Shown piece after piece: positions 34,862 to 45,974 of a DNA stretch of 64,000 nt. Position 1 is the stretch's first letter. The number at the start of each line of letters is the position of its first letter. Made by a program: the position numbers and the translations under genes. The DNA is from Prasinococcaceae sp. CCMP 1430 (Eukaryota > Plantae > Prasinodermophyta). The stretch is from the NCBI GenBank assembly GCA_013416795.1, contig RQSC01001240.1:1-64000 (forward strand), in the 5' to 3' direction. The notes beneath the pieces were generated by a model. It did no database searches and had not been told where the DNA came from. It saw only the letters and a list, made by a program, of their open reading frames with translations.

Positions 34862-34940
<79 letters not shown>
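34738..34940. repeat. (CA)n microsatellite spanning a 37-N gap (34825-34861)
   Basis: Seen directly. Confidence 0.97.
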
Positions 34941-34943
<3 letters not shown>

Positions 34944-35326
34944 CACACATGCACGCAACGCACCAACAACCGCGGCAAACCTGCGGAGTTGTTTTTCGGA
35001 GGCGATTTCCGATGGGTCGGTCCCGATGTGATGTGACGTGGGCTCTCTTATTGGTGGCGCGTGTGCGAGCGAGTGCGCGAGCGGCACTGAGTGCGTGCGG
35101 CGCCGGTGCCTGAGAGAGCCTCTGGACGTCGGCGCCGCGACGAGGGGCCACAGCGCGGGCGCGGGGCGGTGCAGGTGGGTGTTGGCGGGGGCGGGGGCGA
35201 GGGCGGGGAGGGGAGGGGAGGAGAGGGGACGGGAGGGGAGGGGGGAGCGGCGTCGGAGAGCCGGCGTCGGGACCTGGTGGGCTCGTGGCCGTCGCAGCGG
35301 GTGCGGCACTTGGCGAGCGGGCGGCG

Positions 35327-38300
35327 ATGTACGGGTGGATTCACCAGTGCGCGGAGGACCTGGTGTGCGGCCGCTTCGGCCACGACGCGTGGGCGCGCAC
35401 GCTGCTCGAGGCAGGCTTCTCGCACGTCGGCCATGGCGGCTGGATCCGCGAGAAGTACTACGACGACTCGGTCATCTACTCGCTGGTGGCGGGCGCCTCA
35501 AAGGCCCTCGGCATCACCCAGGTGCAGGTGCTGGGGGCCTTCGGCACGCACTTCGTGCACTTCGCGGAGAAGGCCGGGTATGGCAAGCTCATGAGGAGCA
35601 TGGGGGAGACCCTGGAGGATTTCTGCGATGGGCTGGACCGCATGCACCGACATCTGGCGAAGACCATGCCCGACATCGTCTTTCCCGCATTCTGGACGTC
35701 GCGAGATGCGGTCGGGGGTGAAGAGCGCCTCCTCGTCCACTACTCGTCGCTCAGGCCTGCACTCGCGCCCATGGTCGAGACCATACTCGTCGAGGTGGGT
35801 GCCTTGTATTTCGACACGCGCGTGAGCGCATCCATCGTGAAGCCGCAGGAGCTCAACGAAGCCACCGGGGAGTACGAGAGCACCATCGCAGTCGTCGCTG
35901 AGAAGGAGGAGACGCCATCCAAATCGGTCGACAAGAAGCTCTTTCGAGCGAGATCTGGCAACGCGAAGGATGGCGAGGGCACCGCGGCCGACGCCAACGG
36001 GCATGGCGCTGCTGGCAACGACATCCTGCGCTGCCCGTTCTCGGGCGCGACGATCCAGTCCTCGTCCCTGCACGAGGGTAGTGCTACTACCGCCGGAGCT
36101 TCCTGCCCCGTGGCGACGAAAGCACGTGGTGGCCTGGCGCCCCGCTCGCCCGAAGCATCATCCGCCGCGCAGGCTGACTCGGAGTCCTCCGTGCTGAGAT
36201 GCGATGCACCGGAGGCGGAACGAGGAGATGCGCAGCTGGCCGCCGAAGAGGTACTCAAGACGCTCCCCTACCACATCATGCTATGCGACGACACCATGGG
36301 AGTGAAGAGCGCCGGTCGCGAGCTGAAGAGGATGTACGCCGGGCTGCACTGGCGAGGCCCCCCGACGCCAATGCCCGTCGCCAAGGACTTCTTTACCGTC
36401 ATCCATCTCTCGCACACCGTCGCCCACCACCGCGTCCACCCTCCGCAAAACGAGCCAGAGGAGGGCACCCTCGAGCCTGACCGGACGCAACTCCTGACGG
36501 TCGCCGAGCAGCGGAGCGAGTTCGTGGACGCGGTGGGGAGGTCCGAAAGCGGCGTCGCGACGATCGAACTCGCAGCACGGACCAAGCTGCCCGGGGCGAC
36601 TCACCACCTGCGGCTTAACGGCCAGCTGTCTCGGCTCAGCAATGGCGACTGGCTGTTTCACGGAGTCCCTGCCGTCCTGACGGTGGAGAGCCTGCTCAAG
36701 CAAGGCCTCTCGCTCAACTGCCTGCCAGCGTACGCTTCGGGATTGGACCTGCTCATGGTCGGCGAGAGCATGTTTAGGGCCAACGAGGACGCCAAGGCGC
36801 AGTTTTTGGAGCGCGATCGCGCGGCCACGCGTGCCACCAACGCGAGGCTGGCGACTGCGCTACAGTATCTGTCGCACGAAGTCAGGAACCAGCTGGCGCC
36901 GGTCGAGGCGCTCGTCAGGACACTGCCTCTGGACGACGTAGGCGGGCGGGCGGCGTCGGACCGCGATGAGATCGTCACATCCCTACGCACTACGAGTGAC
37001 ATCCTGAATTCCGTCCTCGCGATCGCTAAGCTGACCGCCGGGACAATTGATGCGCCGCATTCGGTGTTCTCGCTCGCTTCGCTCGTCCACGCCACCGATA
37101 GCTACGCTGTCGCCAGCGTCGAGCGCAAAGGCCAGGACGTCATGCTCGAGAGCAAGCTGGTGATGAACACTGCAGACCGAGGCTGCATCGAGGTGCCAGT
37201 TTCGTCGTCCTACGAGGAGACGACAAAGGTGCCCCATCTCGATGAGCTGTATGTCTGCAGCTGCAAGTCATGGCTGATGCAGATCATCGTCAACCTGATC
37301 AGCAATGCGACCAAATTTACTGACCAAGGCGGCATCTTTCTTTCCTGGCGGATTGACGAGTGCGCCCCGGGTGCTAGCCGCAGCGGCAACGGCGCTAGGG
37401 ATGGGGTTGGGAGCGCGGCCATTGCCGATCCGACCACCAGTGCGAGCGTGGCGACAGAAGACTCGACAGCAGCGGAGGACACCGCCCCGCTCCGAAGCGA
37501 TGCACCCGCCAGGCAAGATGGCGCCGAAGCAGGCGGGGAGGTGGTCTCGACGTCTACTACTAAGGCTGCTGCAACCATCCCAGTCGGCGGTGGCATGCGC
37601 ACTTCCACGTGCGAGTGCGGCGGCTCATCAGCGGATGGCCCGGCGAAGGATGACGACCGCGTTTTGCTCTCGTTGACCGTGACCGACACGGGCTGCGGCA
37701 TTCGACCCGAGGACCTGTCCATTGTGATGGAGGAGTTCGGTCGCGTACGCACGGGCTCCTCCAGCCAGAGTGGCACTGGCCTCGGTTTGCCGCTCGCGAA
37801 GCGCATGATCGAGACGCTCGGGGGCACCCTTGAGCTGGAGAGCGAGTACGGTGTGGGAACGTCCATAACCATCACGATCTCTCTGCCTCGCATGCAAGAG
37901 CCCGCCGCCGACGACGCCAGTCGCCTTGACGTCTTTCAGGGCATCGAGCAGGCCGCCATTGACGCCATGGACCATTCTGATGCGTTGGATGCTGACGTGC
38001 TTGGGGTCGACGACAACAGTCTGCTCCTAAAGATGTACGCGCGGAAAGCGTTGAAGAGCGGACTCAGCTTCAAATCGGCCTCCGATGGTGACGCTGCCGT
38101 CGAGCTCGCACGCCAAGGCAAGCGCTACGGAATCGTTCTTATGGACAAGCAAATGCCCGAACTCACGGGAGATCTCGCATGCTCCTCAATGCGGCAGCTC
38201 GGATACAAGGGACTGGTCGCGCTGGTCACAGCGGACAACATGTCGGGAGAAGAGAAGGACAAGCTCATCTGCGAGTTCGGCCTCAATATGGTGCTCATCA

Positions 38301-38476
38301 AGGGCGAGGCGCCCTCGTGGATGGAGTGTCTCGACGCGTGGTCCAAGGGCAAGAAGGAAGCGCTGGCTTCCAAGCGGCAAACCGCGCCGCACGACCGGTC
38401 GCTCAACCGGACCCAGCCCCGAGCCGATCGCAGATCCTTCCGAGGTTTGTGCAAGTCACACTCTGTGGCGTTCTGA
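35327..38476 (+). CDS. H-NOX (HNOB)-HNOBA/PAS-histidine kinase-receiver hybrid sensor kinase, intronless
   Basis: MYGWIH start; proximal His in LDRMHRHL (35645, residue 107); YxSxR motif YSSLR (35741-35755); HNOBA-like LPYHIML..GLSLNCLP; H-box LSHEVRNQL (36875); N-box NLISNATKFT; G1 DTGCGI; G2 GTGLGL; receiver VDDN..LMDKQMP (Asp at 38144)..VTAD..LIKG. Confidence 0.93.
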   Translation: MYGWIHQCAEDLVCGRFGHDAWARTLLEAGFSHVGHGGWIREKYYDDSVIYSLVAGASKALGITQVQVLGAFGTHFVHFAEKAGYGKLMRSMGETLEDFCDGLDRMHRHLAKTMPDIVFPAFWTSRDAVGGEERLLVHYSSLRPALAPMVETILVEVGALYFDTRVSASIVKPQELNEATGEYESTIAVVAEKEETPSKSVDKKLFRARSGNAKDGEGTAADANGHGAAGNDILRCPFSGATIQSSSLHEGSATTAGASCPVATKARGGLAPRSPEASSAAQADSESSVLRCDAPEAERGDAQLAAEEVLKTLPYHIMLCDDTMGVKSAGRELKRMYAGLHWRGPPTPMPVAKDFFTVIHLSHTVAHHRVHPPQNEPEEGTLEPDRTQLLTVAEQRSEFVDAVGRSESGVATIELAARTKLPGATHHLRLNGQLSRLSNGDWLFHGVPAVLTVESLLKQGLSLNCLPAYASGLDLLMVGESMFRANEDAKAQFLERDRAATRATNARLATALQYLSHEVRNQLAPVEALVRTLPLDDVGGRAASDRDEIVTSLRTTSDILNSVLAIAKLTAGTIDAPHSVFSLASLVHATDSYAVASVERKGQDVMLESKLVMNTADRGCIEVPVSSSYEETTKVPHLDELYVCSCKSWLMQIIVNLISNATKFTDQGGIFLSWRIDECAPGASRSGNGARDGVGSAAIADPTTSASVATEDSTAAEDTAPLRSDAPARQDGAEAGGEVVSTSTTKAAATIPVGGGMRTSTCECGGSSADGPAKDDDRVLLSLTVTDTGCGIRPEDLSIVMEEFGRVRTGSSSQSGTGLGLPLAKRMIETLGGTLELESEYGVGTSITITISLPRMQEPAADDASRLDVFQGIEQAAIDAMDHSDALDADVLGVDDNSLLLKMYARKALKSGLSFKSASDGDAAVELARQGKRYGIVLMDKQMPELTGDLACSSMRQLGYKGLVALVTADNMSGEEKDKLICEFGLNMVLIKGEAPSWMECLDAWSKGKKEALASKRQTAPHDRSLNRTQPRADRRSFRGLCKSHSVAF

Positions 38477-38757
38477 GTCTCTGCTTAGTCTGCTTGCTTC
38501 AGCGCAGTGTCACGCTGCGCAAAACCCTTCTTCCACTAACATACACGTACTTAGATGTACGTAGATCACGCATAGAATCAAGCCTCGTCGGCGTGCATTG
38601 GGCCGAGCGGAGAGCTGTGCTCGCACAGAACACAAATATGTATACGTAACTTTGTACGGTTGATTATACTACAAGAAGTCCTTCAAGCACCGCCTGCTGT
38701 GTCCAAAAACACAGCGCACGTACTAGTACGGCCGCGCATTCAGACGAACGCGCTGCA

Positions 38758-41006
38758 CTACACGAACACGTCCATGACTTCGACGACTGGGCTCTGACAG
38801 AGAGGGCAGAGGTTGCGGCGCTGTTGGTTGCCGGTGGCGTCCTTGGGCGCCAGAACCGAGCTCGCGCACCCCTTACATAGGCACAGATGCTTGCATGGCA
38901 AGAGCAGCGTGCATCGAGGAGAATCGAGGCACACGACGCAAAGGTGTTCGTCGGAAGCGCTCTTTTCATTGCGTTCCTGCCCCGTGTTAGGTGCGGTTCC
39001 AAAGGTCGTTGCAGCAGAGTGACTCCCGCTGGCGGCGGCTGCGTACGCGTGAGGAGGCTCTACCCGTGCGTTGGCGTGACTGGGTGATTCAGTGGCTGCG
39101 GCTGCACCGCCGAGAGCAACGCTCTGGGCCATCTTCTCTGCGAGAATCTCCGCCGCCCGCTCAGCGATCCGGTCCATGTGGGACGCATTGAAGGCGTGGC
39201 TTCCGCTGCCACTGATACCAACGGGCGTCGTCATGGCCTGCCTATCACAATCAATGGCGGCAATCGAGGCCGAGGTCGAGGCCTCGCTTCTGCTCCCTTC
39301 GTGGCTGATAGCATTAGTGGGTTCAACTTGAAAGTCCCTCGCCGATGCGGATTCCCGCCTCCACACGTGCGAATGAAGCGCACCTGCTACAGGCTGGGCA
39401 GCGCGCGTCGGCGGTGAGGCGCGTGACGAGTTTATTGCGCTACTGTCGCGAGAGCTTTCGAACATATATGAAGACGCTGGATACACCGGTTGGACATTTG
39501 TGGTAGAGACGGCAGGTACAGTTCCACCAGTGGTAGGATCCATGCTCGGGAACTCGTTTTCCCGATGAATCGTGGGCCCCGAATATTCACTGGGTGTGTT
39601 GTCATCGCAGATGTCACCGCTAGTGTTGTTGGCGGCACCGCGCTCGCCAGAGCTGCCATGCAGTGTGAGGCCGGCAACACGATCGACGTGGCCATCCATC
39701 GCCGCGGCAAGCACACGCTCGCACTCTGCGTGGCCGTATTTGACGGCAAGGTCGAGAGGAGACTGGGCATTCCATCGGTCGCGCCCTCCCGACGGCGAAA
39801 GGTCCGCCCCAGCGGCTATGAGCATACGAAGCGTTCCCGAGTGCCCCCACCTGGCCGCCAGGCCGGCCGCAGTGAATCCGTGGTTATCTTCGTAGTCGAG
39901 GCTCATCACTCCTGCGTCAAGTAACAGCTGCAGCACTTGCTCGTGCCCATTGCTGGCGGCGTCGTGCACGGGGGTGCGGCCTAGGTGGATGGAGCGCGCG
40001 TCTGGGCACGCGCCTGCGTTGAGAAGGTCAGCCACCACGGCGATCTTTCCGAGGCGCGAGGCGTTCGCCAGCGGAGTCACGCCCATGGCGTCCCCGAGGG
40101 TCGGATCGGCACCTCGGCGCAACAGCAATCGCAGCATGGACCGCTGCTCGACCGTCGTAGATAAGTTCTTGCTCCACACTAGCGCGTGGAGCGTCGTACG
40201 CCCGCAACGACCTTTGCACTCGTCGGGCTGGTTTGGATCGGCGCCTCCAACGAGGAGCGCACGCGCGGTGTCTTCGTGACCGTGGTCCACGGCGTTGTGG
40301 AGCGCTGTCGAGCGTGCGTCACGCGGGTCACCGTAAAGATGGCGCAAGCAGGTGAGTCAATTATGAGAGTACAGCAAGACGTGCGCCGAGGCTGACACCG
40401 GCCACTGCGATTTTCATTCGCGCAAATAGGTGGGTGGGAGCACACACCTGGAGTCCCACCGGCGTCTCGCGTGGAAGGATCTATGCTTCCTCCAGCTTTG
40501 GACATAAAGTATTTCACGCGTTCGGTGTTGCCGAAGGCCGCAGCGTTCAAGAATGCCTCGCTCGGGGTCCACGTCGTGGGGCGCCGTCGGTGCCCGTCGT
40601 GCCGGTGCCTCGTGCTGTTGCGCCGCGCGGGCACCTGCTGCCAGTTCCCTGATGCTTCGTCGGTGGGGGCGCCGGAATGACGCTCGGACTCGGCATGCGA
40701 ACGCGTTCCTCCGCTCCATGGCTGGCTATCGCTCGCGCCCCCGCCGCGCCACCCGGCCGCCGTGAGGTCAGGGCCGTGCGCGCGGCCGGCGCTTTGATGC
40801 CGCCCGCGCGAGTGCGGCAACGAGGACTGATGCCGAGGAGGCGCTGTTGCTGCCTCGCGCACGTGTTTCTGGCGGACCCAGTCGTCTGATTCGGCGCCCG
40901 CGTCGGCGTCGGCGAGGTCCCATGGGCTACTAGACGTCGCCGACGCCACTGACCCGCGCGCGGACGCGGAGCGCCCACCGGCAGCCGCAGGCGCCCACTC
41001 CGACAT
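38758..41006 (-). CDS. Ankyrin-repeat plus C-terminal C3HC4 RING protein (XBAT-like); intron 40305-40447
   Basis: Splicing restores GTP|ALHNAV; ankyrin repeats GRTTLH, GVTPLA, GRTPVH and GFTAAG; RING CVVCLDSPRCTLLLPCKHLCLCKGC..CPLCQ. Confidence 0.9.
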
Positions 41007-41099
41007 TGTTCTTTCCTCCGTCACGCGAGCGCTTTCTTCCGTATCGTACGGTAACAGCCTTCTTTTGGCCGGTGGCGCAATCCGTCCGCGGGCGCGCAC

Positions 41100-41400
41100 G
41101 TCGCCGCCCGGCGAGCGCCGCAGCTTGTAGGCACTGCCGACCGACATGCCGACCTGCCGCGCCGCCTCGGTCACCGAGCCGCGATCGGCCAGCGCCTCGA
41201 TGAAGTCGCGCTGGCGCTCGGGGGACCAGCCATCATGCCGATGTTTCCGGCGCACGGGCACCCATTCATAGTCGTCCGGGTAATGGCCGTGCTCATCGAG
41301 CGGCGTCAGCGGCCGCGCATCCGGCGGCGCAACGGCACCGCCCTGGGTGACGGCGGGAAGGTTGACGGGATCGATGCCGGCGGAGAGCGCGGGATCGAAG
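41100..41400 (-). other. Bacterial-like HTH protein fragment upstream of the ankyrin gene
   Basis: YEWVPVRRKHRHDGWSPERQRDFIEALADRGSVTEAARQVGMSVGSAYKLRRSPG; HTH visible; recalled resemblance to uncharacterised alphaproteobacterial (sphingomonad) proteins, unverified. Confidence 0.5.
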
Positions 41401-42315
41401 CGCGGCGGCGGCGGCGGCGGCGTGGCGACCGCGCCGCGCCGGAAAAAGTTACGACTCGCAGGCAATGAGTGGCGCGCGACGACTCCGAGCGACGCGACGG
41501 AGGGACGGAACGACGCCGCCAAAAACGGGTGCCACTTTTGGCACTCCCGCGGGGCTGCAACGTGCGGGTGCGGGCCGTCGGACCCACGCGCACACCCGAC
41601 GGGGCGTGGCTTCGTGTCTCGCGCTTAGGCTGGCACACTTTATGCCCAACGTCGCCTGCTTCTCGCCCGCACACGAAGCAACTGCACTCTCCCGCACAAG
41701 AAGAACGTAGGTCAAAACGAAGAGGAAAATCCACATCCATTCAATCTGACGTATGAATGATTCAAGCCGAGCCCGAGCCGTCACCTCGTTTATTTGGTTC
41801 TGAGGGCTCGGTGTCGTGTTGCCACCAATGTGAATTAGGCTGATTTTGATGCGCGTGGTCTGTTTGGGCGCGCCATACTCAGTCTGCAGGCTCGATTCCA
41901 TGGCGAGGCAGCAAAAAGAGGTGACAGCGGCCTCTTCCGCGCGGGCGGGGGATGCGGATTCCGCGCGGGTGATCAGCGAGCGCAGGCGCGCGCACGTGCG
42001 GAGCGGCTGCGGTTGGCGCACAGGCGGGGAAGGCGGGACGGTGCTGGCGCCGCGCGGCGTGCACGGCGCAAGCGCAGGGCGGGGAGGCAAAGGGGGTACC
42101 ACTTGCCGCCGCCGCGGCAGCGGTGGCGTGCCTGCACGGCCAGGCGCGAAGAGCTGGAGAGTGAGCTCGCGAGATCGCTCGCTCGCTCGCTCGCTCGCTC
42201 GCTCGCTCGCGTGCTCGGTGCCAGTGGCTCATCAGCTGGCCGCAGGGCAGGCGGGGACGACGGAAGGTTCAGTCTGTGCGCGGTGGGGGAGCCGGCCACC
42301 TCGGGCTGTGACGCA

Positions 42316-43640
42316 ATGCGCGCGAGCGCTGCCAGAACGGCGCGAGCGGCGCGGCGAGCGGCGCGGCCGCCCGCGCAGATGCTCTCCGCCGTCGCGACGG
42401 CACTCGCGGCATTCGTGGTGGCGGGAGCGATGGCGCGCACAGCGGACGGCATCGACTCTGGCAGCGGTGCGGGAGATCAACCAGTCGGCGGGCGACTCGA
42501 CGCGGCGGCGGTGACCGGCGGTGAGGCAGGACTTTCTCGCCTCGGGCCAAACACAACGACGTCGGCGCGACCAGTGCTGCAGGGGCTGCAGAGCAGGGCT
42601 GCATCGAGGAGGAACCAGCGAGAGCCGCAGCCAGACAGTGGCCCTCCGGGCGTCGCAGTGGTCTGCATGCTCCCGGTTCAACACGACGACGCCAGGCTGG
42701 GCGCTTGGTTCGCCGCCAACCATCGCTGTGGGCGAGTGATTGTCATCATCGCCGACCCGAACACACCGGAAGGGGAACTGACGACCGGCGCGCAGGGTGA
42801 CCGATGCGGCGCGGCCGATCGCGCAGCCGAGCGCAGGCAGGCAATAGGAAGCGCTCAGCGGCAGCACCGGATGCAGTGCGCCACGGTGAATGTCGTCCTG
42901 CCTTCAGGGCGCGGCGAGTCATCGGACAACCTATGGGAAAAGCTCATGGCGTCGTGGTTGTGGATGGCACGCGCGCACGCGTCGGGGCACCGCATGCTGC
43001 GCGGCGCAAGGTGGGTGCTCAAGCTCGACATCGACGGCATCTTCCTTCCCGCCAACTTCGAGAGACTCACGCGAGAGCAGGGCTGGGACGCCAACGCCAC
43101 GACTCACCCGTGGTACCTCGGGCACACCAACACGTGGCGACTGAAGGGAGGGACCGGGCCGCCCTTCAACACGGGGCAGTATGCGCTCAGCGTGGGCGCC
43201 ATGCGCGCGGTGGCGCCTCGCCTACGCGAGGCCATCGCCGCCACGGACGATCAGTCGGTGCTCGACGACCCCGCATTTCTCGCGTACAAGCAGTCTGCGG
43301 GAGTGCCTCGCATGGGGACAGAGGACTACTGCGCGAACGCGTGGGGTACGCACGCCGACGACTTGAATATCGCAGTGTGCCTCGCCCTCGTGGGCGTCAA
43401 GGCCACGCCCGCCGTTGACGCTATGGGGCGCGAATACTTCCTGCCGTTTGACCCGCGCGCGCACCGCTGGCTCGAGTACGCCGAGCGCGACACCGCAAAG
43501 CCTTGGAGGACGTGGTTCTGGGACGGGAAGACTCGGGAGCAGTCGCTTGAGAACTGCTGCGCGCCGCGGATCGCCGCCATCCACGGCTTCGCTCGGGAGC
43601 GCACGCTGCTCGAATGGGGCTGGGTGATCGATGTGCGTGC
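42316..43640 (+). CDS. C1GALT1/fringe-like (GT31) beta-1,3-glycosyltransferase; 3' end unresolved
   Basis: N-terminal signal anchor, NLWEK, WVLKLDIDG (DxD), PWYLG, ADDLNIAVCL..VGV, DAMGREYFLPF and CC..IAAIH. Confidence 0.8.
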
Positions 43641-44359
43641 GCGGTCATGCGCGCGGCGCGCGCACTGCTGCTGCACCCACGAAGTGCGCGCGCGAGAGAG
43701 AGCGCGTGCTGACGCGCGGCATGCATGTACTGCCACCGACGACAGCTGGTACAGGTGGACAATTGGGCGACTCCGAGGGGGGGGCAAGGGAAGAGAATCA
43801 CGCGACGGCTGCTGCGCGCGCCGCCGGGCAGGAGCGGGCGGTAGTAGGCGCTGGCGCGCAGCCGATACGCATGTCTAGACTACCGGATAGTACGTAAAGT
43901 ATAAACCCTCTTTTGGTGTAACCCTTTCAGTCCATGGATCGCATTGGCGGTGCGAGAGAAAAGGAAGTTTCGAAGTGCACACAGAAACCTCAGCCGCAGC
44001 TGTCGCATCGGCGCGGCGTCGCGGCGGCGCTGACAGCGCGCGGCGGCGCGGCGCGCGCCAAGGGCGGCGGAGCGCTGAGCGCCCGTTGGGTGCGGATGGG
44101 ACCGCGGGCGGGAACGTGGCGGCAGGGACTGTGGCGGCGCGCGAGTGCTTTGCCCGTCTTCAGGCGCTGCATTGCGGCATCCCTGTCCGAGCGAGCGACG
44201 GAGCGAGCGCGCAAGGGGCGTGGGGAAAGGGTGGGCCCCAGCGAGCGCTTGGCGGGGCGGGCGCGGCGTGTACGGCGCCGCGGGGGGATCTGGCTGCGCG
44301 CGGCGGCCTGCGGCGGGTGCGCGGGGCTGGCCTCAGTGCGCGAAAGGGGCAGCAAGGCG

Positions 44360-45974
44360 ATGGCGGCGCGCGCGCGCGCTCTGTCCCTGCTCGCCACGGC
44401 GTTCGCGGTCGCCGTCGCGGCGGCGCGTGGGGTGTTCGCCGCCACCGCCAGCGACGGCGGCACCGGCACCGGCGGCGTCCCGCGCCAGCACATCTTCGAG
44501 GCGCCCTCCGCTCCCGACGGAAGCGATGCGCTTGCCGCGGCAGGCGCGGCTGCACTCTCTGTGCTCGAGCGCAAGGGACCCACTGCGTGCTGGCGGCACG
44601 CGCGCGAGCGCGTGCTCGCCTCATGCCGCGAGATCGAGGCCGACGACTCGTTGCAGCGGCTCCTTGCGGTGCAGCTGACCAATTGCCACCTGGCGGAAAG
44701 CGGTCTTCCTACACACGCCTGCGAGGAAGGCGACTCCGTGCTGGCCTGCACGCGCGCGATGAAGGCCAGCAACGATTTCGACGTTTACACGCAGTTCTTC
44801 AATATGGCGACGGCGCTCTGCTACTATCTGCAGGGTGTGTGCTCGCGCGTGCCTGCAACGCTCCCTCTCAGCCCGCGCGCGTGCGACTCGCCGTGCGCAA
44901 GGCAGTACCATCAGACGAACAAACTTGTGTGCTTCGTGTATGTACGCAGTGCGCCTCTGCTGACGACCGTGAGAGCCACACGCGCCCTTAGGTGCGCTCT
45001 TCCGTGAGGCCAGCGAAGCGGCCGTGAACCAGCTGCTAGGCGCGGCCAACTCAGCTGGGCGTGTGCTCGAGGGTGTCAAGTCGGTCTCCGACCGCGCGCT
45101 TGCATACCAACAAGCCCTCGCTGGAATGGCAGATGATGTGGCCGGTGCGCAGGCGTCGCTGGTGTACGGCGCCGCCGCAGCGCTCGCCTTGGTGGCGACA
45201 CAGCCGCGCTCGGCGGCTGGTGCGCGGGCACCGCTGCTTGCGACACTCCTCGCGGCCAGCGCTGTCGAAAAGCTGGTCTTCTCAGGGTTCCTGCGAAGCT
45301 ACGTGTCGATAGATGCGCTGCGTGCGTGCGTGTCGGCACTGCGAGGTGCGTGGGCCGTCCTCGCCGCTGCCGTCTGGATGTACGTGATCTGGCATTTCCG
45401 CGACCCCGCAAATGAGCTTCATCTTGCAAGGCTTGCATTCGAGCGGGCGCTCGCAGATGCGCACGCGCTCAGCGGTGTGAGCCCTGTCCGCGCATGTGGT
45501 GATGAGGAGGGTTACCGAGGCCGCACAGCCGGAGGCGCGACTACGCGAAAGGGACAAGGTGCGATGGGTGACGACCCGACACTTCAGAGGCTACTTGAGC
45601 AGAATGAAGACGAATGGTGTTGGCCTGACGATGAAGGTGCCGATGATCCTGACTACAGCCTCACAGACAGCGAGGCTGGATGCTCGCAGTGCGTGCGCAC
45701 ACGCGCCTACGCGCTGCGCCCCACGCGCGCCCGCGCGAAACGCCGAGCATCGGGATCAGCATTCGACGCTCAGGGTAGGGGCGCGAGAGAGGCACTAGAG
45801 GAGCTCGTTGGCACACTCTGCTGCGACTCAACGCCCGCGGAAGATACAGTGGACGAGACAGACACGGTAAGCAACGGGCACACACCCAATGAGCTCTCCG
45901 ATGACGCTGTATCGCAGCCCGTGTCGGGAAGTGAGCGGTCATTGGAGTGGTTGAGAGGGTCCCCTCGGTGGTGA
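44360..45974 (+). CDS. GEX1: GEX1/KAR5/Brambleberry-family nuclear-fusion protein; intron 44835-44991
   Basis: Signal peptide; Cys-rich domain CWRHARERVLASC..QRLLAVQLTNCHLAESGLPTHAC..C..F..YT.FF..CYYLQ; spliced continuation ALFREASEAAVNQL; C-terminal TM cluster ending FRDP. Confidence 0.75.

Noticed and set aside
34574-35113. ORFs with poly-CV or poly-HT tracts as metal-binding proteins
   Set aside because: Translations of the (CA)n/(TG)n microsatellite, partly across an N gap.
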